Origin: an uncultured virus (IMG/VR IMGVR_UViG_3300035135_002447)
Taxonomy: Duplodnaviria; Heunggongvirae; Uroviricota; Caudoviricetes
DNA length: 20,000 nucleotides
Virus record (IMG/VR): IMGVR_UViG_3300035135_002447
Reading direction: 5' to 3' (one strand)
Both the position numbers and the translations under genes were made by a program. The notes below the pieces were generated by a model. The model had not been told where the DNA came from, searched no databases, and worked only from the letters and a program-made list of their open reading frames with translations. Each line of letters opens with the position of its first letter. Position 1 is the stretch's first letter. Below, in pieces: positions 17,315 to 20,000 of the stretch.

Positions 17315-17880
17315 AATATTATTTAAATTTCAAAGAAGATACAGGCGAAGTTTGGAAATCAACTAATGAGATAGATGAGTCAACGCCCTACATAGAAATT
17401 GACAAAGAAACTTTAATTGATTTTAATTCTGGAAAGAAACAGCACTCTGATTATGTTGTAATTCCTTCAAGCAAAGAAGGAGAAACATACGAGCTTAAAT
17501 TTGTTCATAAAGACATAGACATGTATGATGTACAAAAAAGTATACATCAAATAGAAACAAATAGAGAACCTAAAATTAATTCAGTAATTATCAAGCAAGA
17601 TGTTGTTAACGGATTGTGGAGTATTTCTTTAACGCCTCAACTTAAAACTACTTTAAATTCTACATCATACTACAAAGGTAAAAATCATGATTTGTATGTA
17701 ACATATAAAGACGATCCTAATATTTTACTTGATACCCTTAAGATAGACTTTACACAAGTATTAGAAAAAGGAGAGTATACGGTTGATTATGCTAATTTAG
17801 ATGTTGCTAAAATGGATAAAGTGAGTGTATACTGTGCTAAAATATTCGACGATTATGTACATCTAACGGAGACACAATGA
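17311..17880 (+). CDS. Hypothetical protein (189 aa)
   Basis: ATGA overlaps at both ends inside the operon. No recognisable catalytic motif. Confidence 0.7.
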   Translation: MKYYLNFKEDTGEVWKSTNEIDESTPYIEIDKETLIDFNSGKKQHSDYVVIPSSKEGETYELKFVHKDIDMYDVQKSIHQIETNREPKINSVIIKQDVVNGLWSISLTPQLKTTLNSTSYYKGKNHDLYVTYKDDPNILLDTLKIDFTQVLEKGEYTVDYANLDVAKMDKVSVYCAKIFDDYVHLTETQ

Positions 17881-18770
17881 CAATAAAAGTTATAGATCAA
17901 GACATAATATTTTTAAGCTATGATGAGCCAAACGCTGAAAAAAATTACTCAGATCTCTGTTCTAAAGTTCCTTGGGCGAAACGTGTACATGGTGTACACG
18001 GAAGTGATGCAGCACATAAAGCATGTGCAGATCTTAGCGAGACTGAATATTTTATAACAGTAGATGCAGATAACATTATAGACCAAGAATTTCTTAATCA
18101 AGAAGTAGATATTGAAGAATTAGGCGTTACACCGGAGCATGTTTTTAGTTGGTGTGGCAAAGTACATGTTAATGGACTTATGTATGGCAACGGCGGATTA
18201 AAAATGTGGACACGCAAATTTGTTCACAACATGAAGACACATGAAAACAGTGAGGACGGAGATGAGCGAGGAAAAGTTGAATTCTGCTTCGACGACAAAT
18301 ATTACCAGTTTAACGAAAACTTTAGTGTATCTTACACTAATGCAACACCTTGGCAGGCTTGGCGGGCGGGCTTTCGAGAAGGTGTCAAGATGTCTTTGGA
18401 TCAAGGAGCCAAAGTAGATGACTTACGTACTGTATGGTGGCAGAATTATGATAGACTGCTTATATGGAGCCAGATAGGTGCAGATGTTGATAACGGCATA
18501 TGGAGTATACTAGGAGCACGTCAAGGTTGCTATATGACAAATTGTACAGATTGGAATTATGCCAACGTAAGAGATTTTGAATGGTTAAACAACTTTTGGG
18601 AAAGTGATGTAAAAGATTTACAACCTAATGAAGAAGCAGAGCGTTTAGGTCTAGAAATACTTAAAGGAACCGGTGTTGATATTTCTACTAAACCATTAGA
18701 TGCAGAACAAAGTAAGTTCTTTAAGAGTGTTTATCAAAACAGTGCTAGGATTTTAAGACGAGCTAAATGA
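17877..18770 (+). CDS. Putative glycosyltransferase (GT2-like GT-A fold) (297 aa)
   Basis: DIIFLSYDE first strand, then AHKACADLSETEYFITVDADN (equivalent to the GT2 helix followed by EY....DAD), with D63-A-D65 at 18063-18071. Later YGNGGLKMW. ATGA-coupled on both sides. Confidence 0.6.
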   Translation: MTIKVIDQDIIFLSYDEPNAEKNYSDLCSKVPWAKRVHGVHGSDAAHKACADLSETEYFITVDADNIIDQEFLNQEVDIEELGVTPEHVFSWCGKVHVNGLMYGNGGLKMWTRKFVHNMKTHENSEDGDERGKVEFCFDDKYYQFNENFSVSYTNATPWQAWRAGFREGVKMSLDQGAKVDDLRTVWWQNYDRLLIWSQIGADVDNGIWSILGARQGCYMTNCTDWNYANVRDFEWLNNFWESDVKDLQPNEEAERLGLEILKGTGVDISTKPLDAEQSKFFKSVYQNSARILRRAK

Positions 18771-20000
18771 GTAACGAACAACGTATAAAAATACTCGAAG
18801 AAAAACGTGAAAAAATAAACAATGTAAGTTGTTCATTCTGCACGGCTAAATGGCTACAAACTACATTGTTACTACAAAATGGTTACAATCATAGTTGTCA
18901 TCATCCTGCTCCTCATAAGATTCCGTTAGAAGAAATCAAAGCTGATCCTGCGGCATTACATAATAGTCAATACAAAAAAGAACAAAGACTAAAAATGCTT
19001 ACAGGCGAACGCCCTAGCGAATGTAGTTACTGTTGGAAAATTGAAGATTTAGATAAAACATATTTTTCAGATAGACATTATAAAACTAGCGATTCATGGG
19101 CATGGGATAGATTTGAAGAAATTGCAGAAAGTGATCCAGGCGAAAATGTTTATCCTAGTTACTTAGAAGTTAGTTTTTCAAACGCATGTAATTTTGCTTG
19201 TGCATATTGTTCACCTGAGATTAGCTCTAAGTGGATGGAAGATATAAAACAAAACGGACCTTATCCTACTAAACACGGTGCTCATCATTTAGATTACCTC
19301 GAACAAACAGGAAAAATGCCGTATAGGAATAAAGACTATAATCCATACGTAGAAGCATTTTGGAAATGGTTTCCTGAAGCATTACCATATTTGAAAGTAT
19401 TGCGTATTACAGGCGGTGAACCGACAATGTCAAAAGACACATGGAAACTGCTTGATTATTTGATAGAAAATCCAAGAAAAGATTTAGATGTAGCAATTAA
19501 TACAAACGGATGTGTTGAAGATAAACTTATAGATAAACTAATTGAAAAAATTAATGCACTTGCAGAAGTAGGTGTAAAAGTAGATGTGTATACTAGTTTA
19601 GAAAGCACAGGCACACAAGCTGAATATGCAAGAGATGGGTTAGACTTTGGTAAATGGTTAGAGAACATTGAAAATATTTTAAAACAAACAAAAAGTAATG
19701 TAGTAATTATGACAACTATCAATATTATGAGTTTACCGTCATTTGTTGATTTTATTATGACTATAATGGATTTACGTAAACTTTACAACGAAAGTTTTGA
19801 AGTCAACAGAATACCGATGAGTATTAATATAATGCATTGGCCACCACATTTACAATGTACATTACTTGATAAAGAATACAGGATAAAAACAGCAGACACT
19901 ATTGAAAATGCTTCTAAAAGTTGGTTAAAATATTACAGTCCAGAAAAGTTTGCTAGAATATATCTAGAAGAGTTTGATCAAATACAAAGATTTTGTGATT
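18767..20000 (+). CDS. Radical SAM protein with N-terminal twitch-like Fe-S domain, 3'-truncated
   Basis: Not in the ORF track because it has no stop in the window. ATG 18767 overlaps the upstream TGA. Manual translation gives MSNEQRIKILEEKREKINNVSCSFCTAKW...HSCHHP...ERPSECSYCWKIE...YLEVSFSNACNFACAYCSPEISSKW...LRITGGEPTM...VAINTNG...YTSLES...AEYARDGLDF. CxxxCxxC is at 19187-19210 and GGEP starts at 19412. The frame is open to the window end (411 codons). Confidence 0.9.
   Translation, partial: MSNEQRIKILEEKREKINNVSCSFCTAKWLQTTLLLQNGYNHSCHHPAPHKIPLEEIKADPAALHNSQYKKEQRLKMLTGERPSECSYCWKIEDLDKTYFSDRHYKTSDSWAWDRFEEIAESDPGENVYPSYLEVSFSNACNFACAYCSPEISSKWMEDIKQNGPYPTKHGAHHLDYLEQTGKMPYRNKDYNPYVEAFWKWFPEALPYLKVLRITGGEPTMSKDTWKLLDYLIENPRKDLDVAINTNGCVEDKLIDKLIEKINALAEVGVKVDVYTSLESTGTQAEYARDGLDFGKWLENIENILKQTKSNVVIMTTINIMSLPSFVDFIMTIMDLRKLYNESFEVNRIPMSINIMHWPPHLQCTLLDKEYRIKTADTIENASKSWLKYYSPEKFARIYLEEFDQIQRFCD

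Noticed and set aside
2649..19722. All short minus-strand ORFs in the track (63-117 aa)
   Set aside because: Each lies wholly antisense to a long, motif-bearing plus-strand gene and has no recognisable motif. They are consistent with shadow ORFs arising from codon bias.
1..20000. Alternative genetic code (no called gene ends in TAG)
   Set aside because: Genes are long and tile the window under the standard code with TAA/TGA stops. TAG is simply rare in AT-rich genomes, and no gene needs read-through.
1..20000. CRISPR array, tRNA/ncRNA, intron or intein
   Set aside because: Intergenic gaps are all about 60 bp or less, I saw no spaced direct repeats, and I recognised no intein or homing endonuclease motifs in the proteins.
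18767..20000. Radical SAM gene as MoaA, NrdG, QueE or a RiPP maturase
   Set aside because: The auxiliary Cys cluster is N-terminal, the protein is longer than NrdG/QueE, and no cofactor-pathway genes or precursor peptide are visible in the window. No gene symbol was assigned.

Overview
AT-rich, gene-dense, all-plus-strand segment that reads as part of a large tailed-phage genome, probably T4-like/myovirus-type given the (G/T)ATAAATA late-promoter boxes. Bases 1-15228 are a virion/tail module. It holds a 5'-truncated giant modular structural protein (>2090 aa), a small putative baseplate/fibre-attachment protein, and three paralogous tail-fibre-like proteins with a shared N-terminal domain but different C-termini (tail collar; unknown; peptidase-G2-like autocleaving chaperone). 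Two further paralogous virion proteins follow, one with an inserted LamG/ConA-like domain. From 15234 a near-consensus sigma70 promoter, overlapped by a perfect inverted repeat, heads a translationally coupled operon. The operon encodes a small hypothetical protein, two paralogous GT-A glycosyltransferase-like proteins, a hypothetical protein, a third glycosyltransferase-like protein and a 3'-truncated radical SAM enzyme with an N-terminal twitch-like Fe-S domain that is missing from the ORF track. This glycosyltransferase/radical-SAM operon next to the fibre genes is the best candidate for an undescribed system. All family assignments come from reading motifs by eye, not from database searches.
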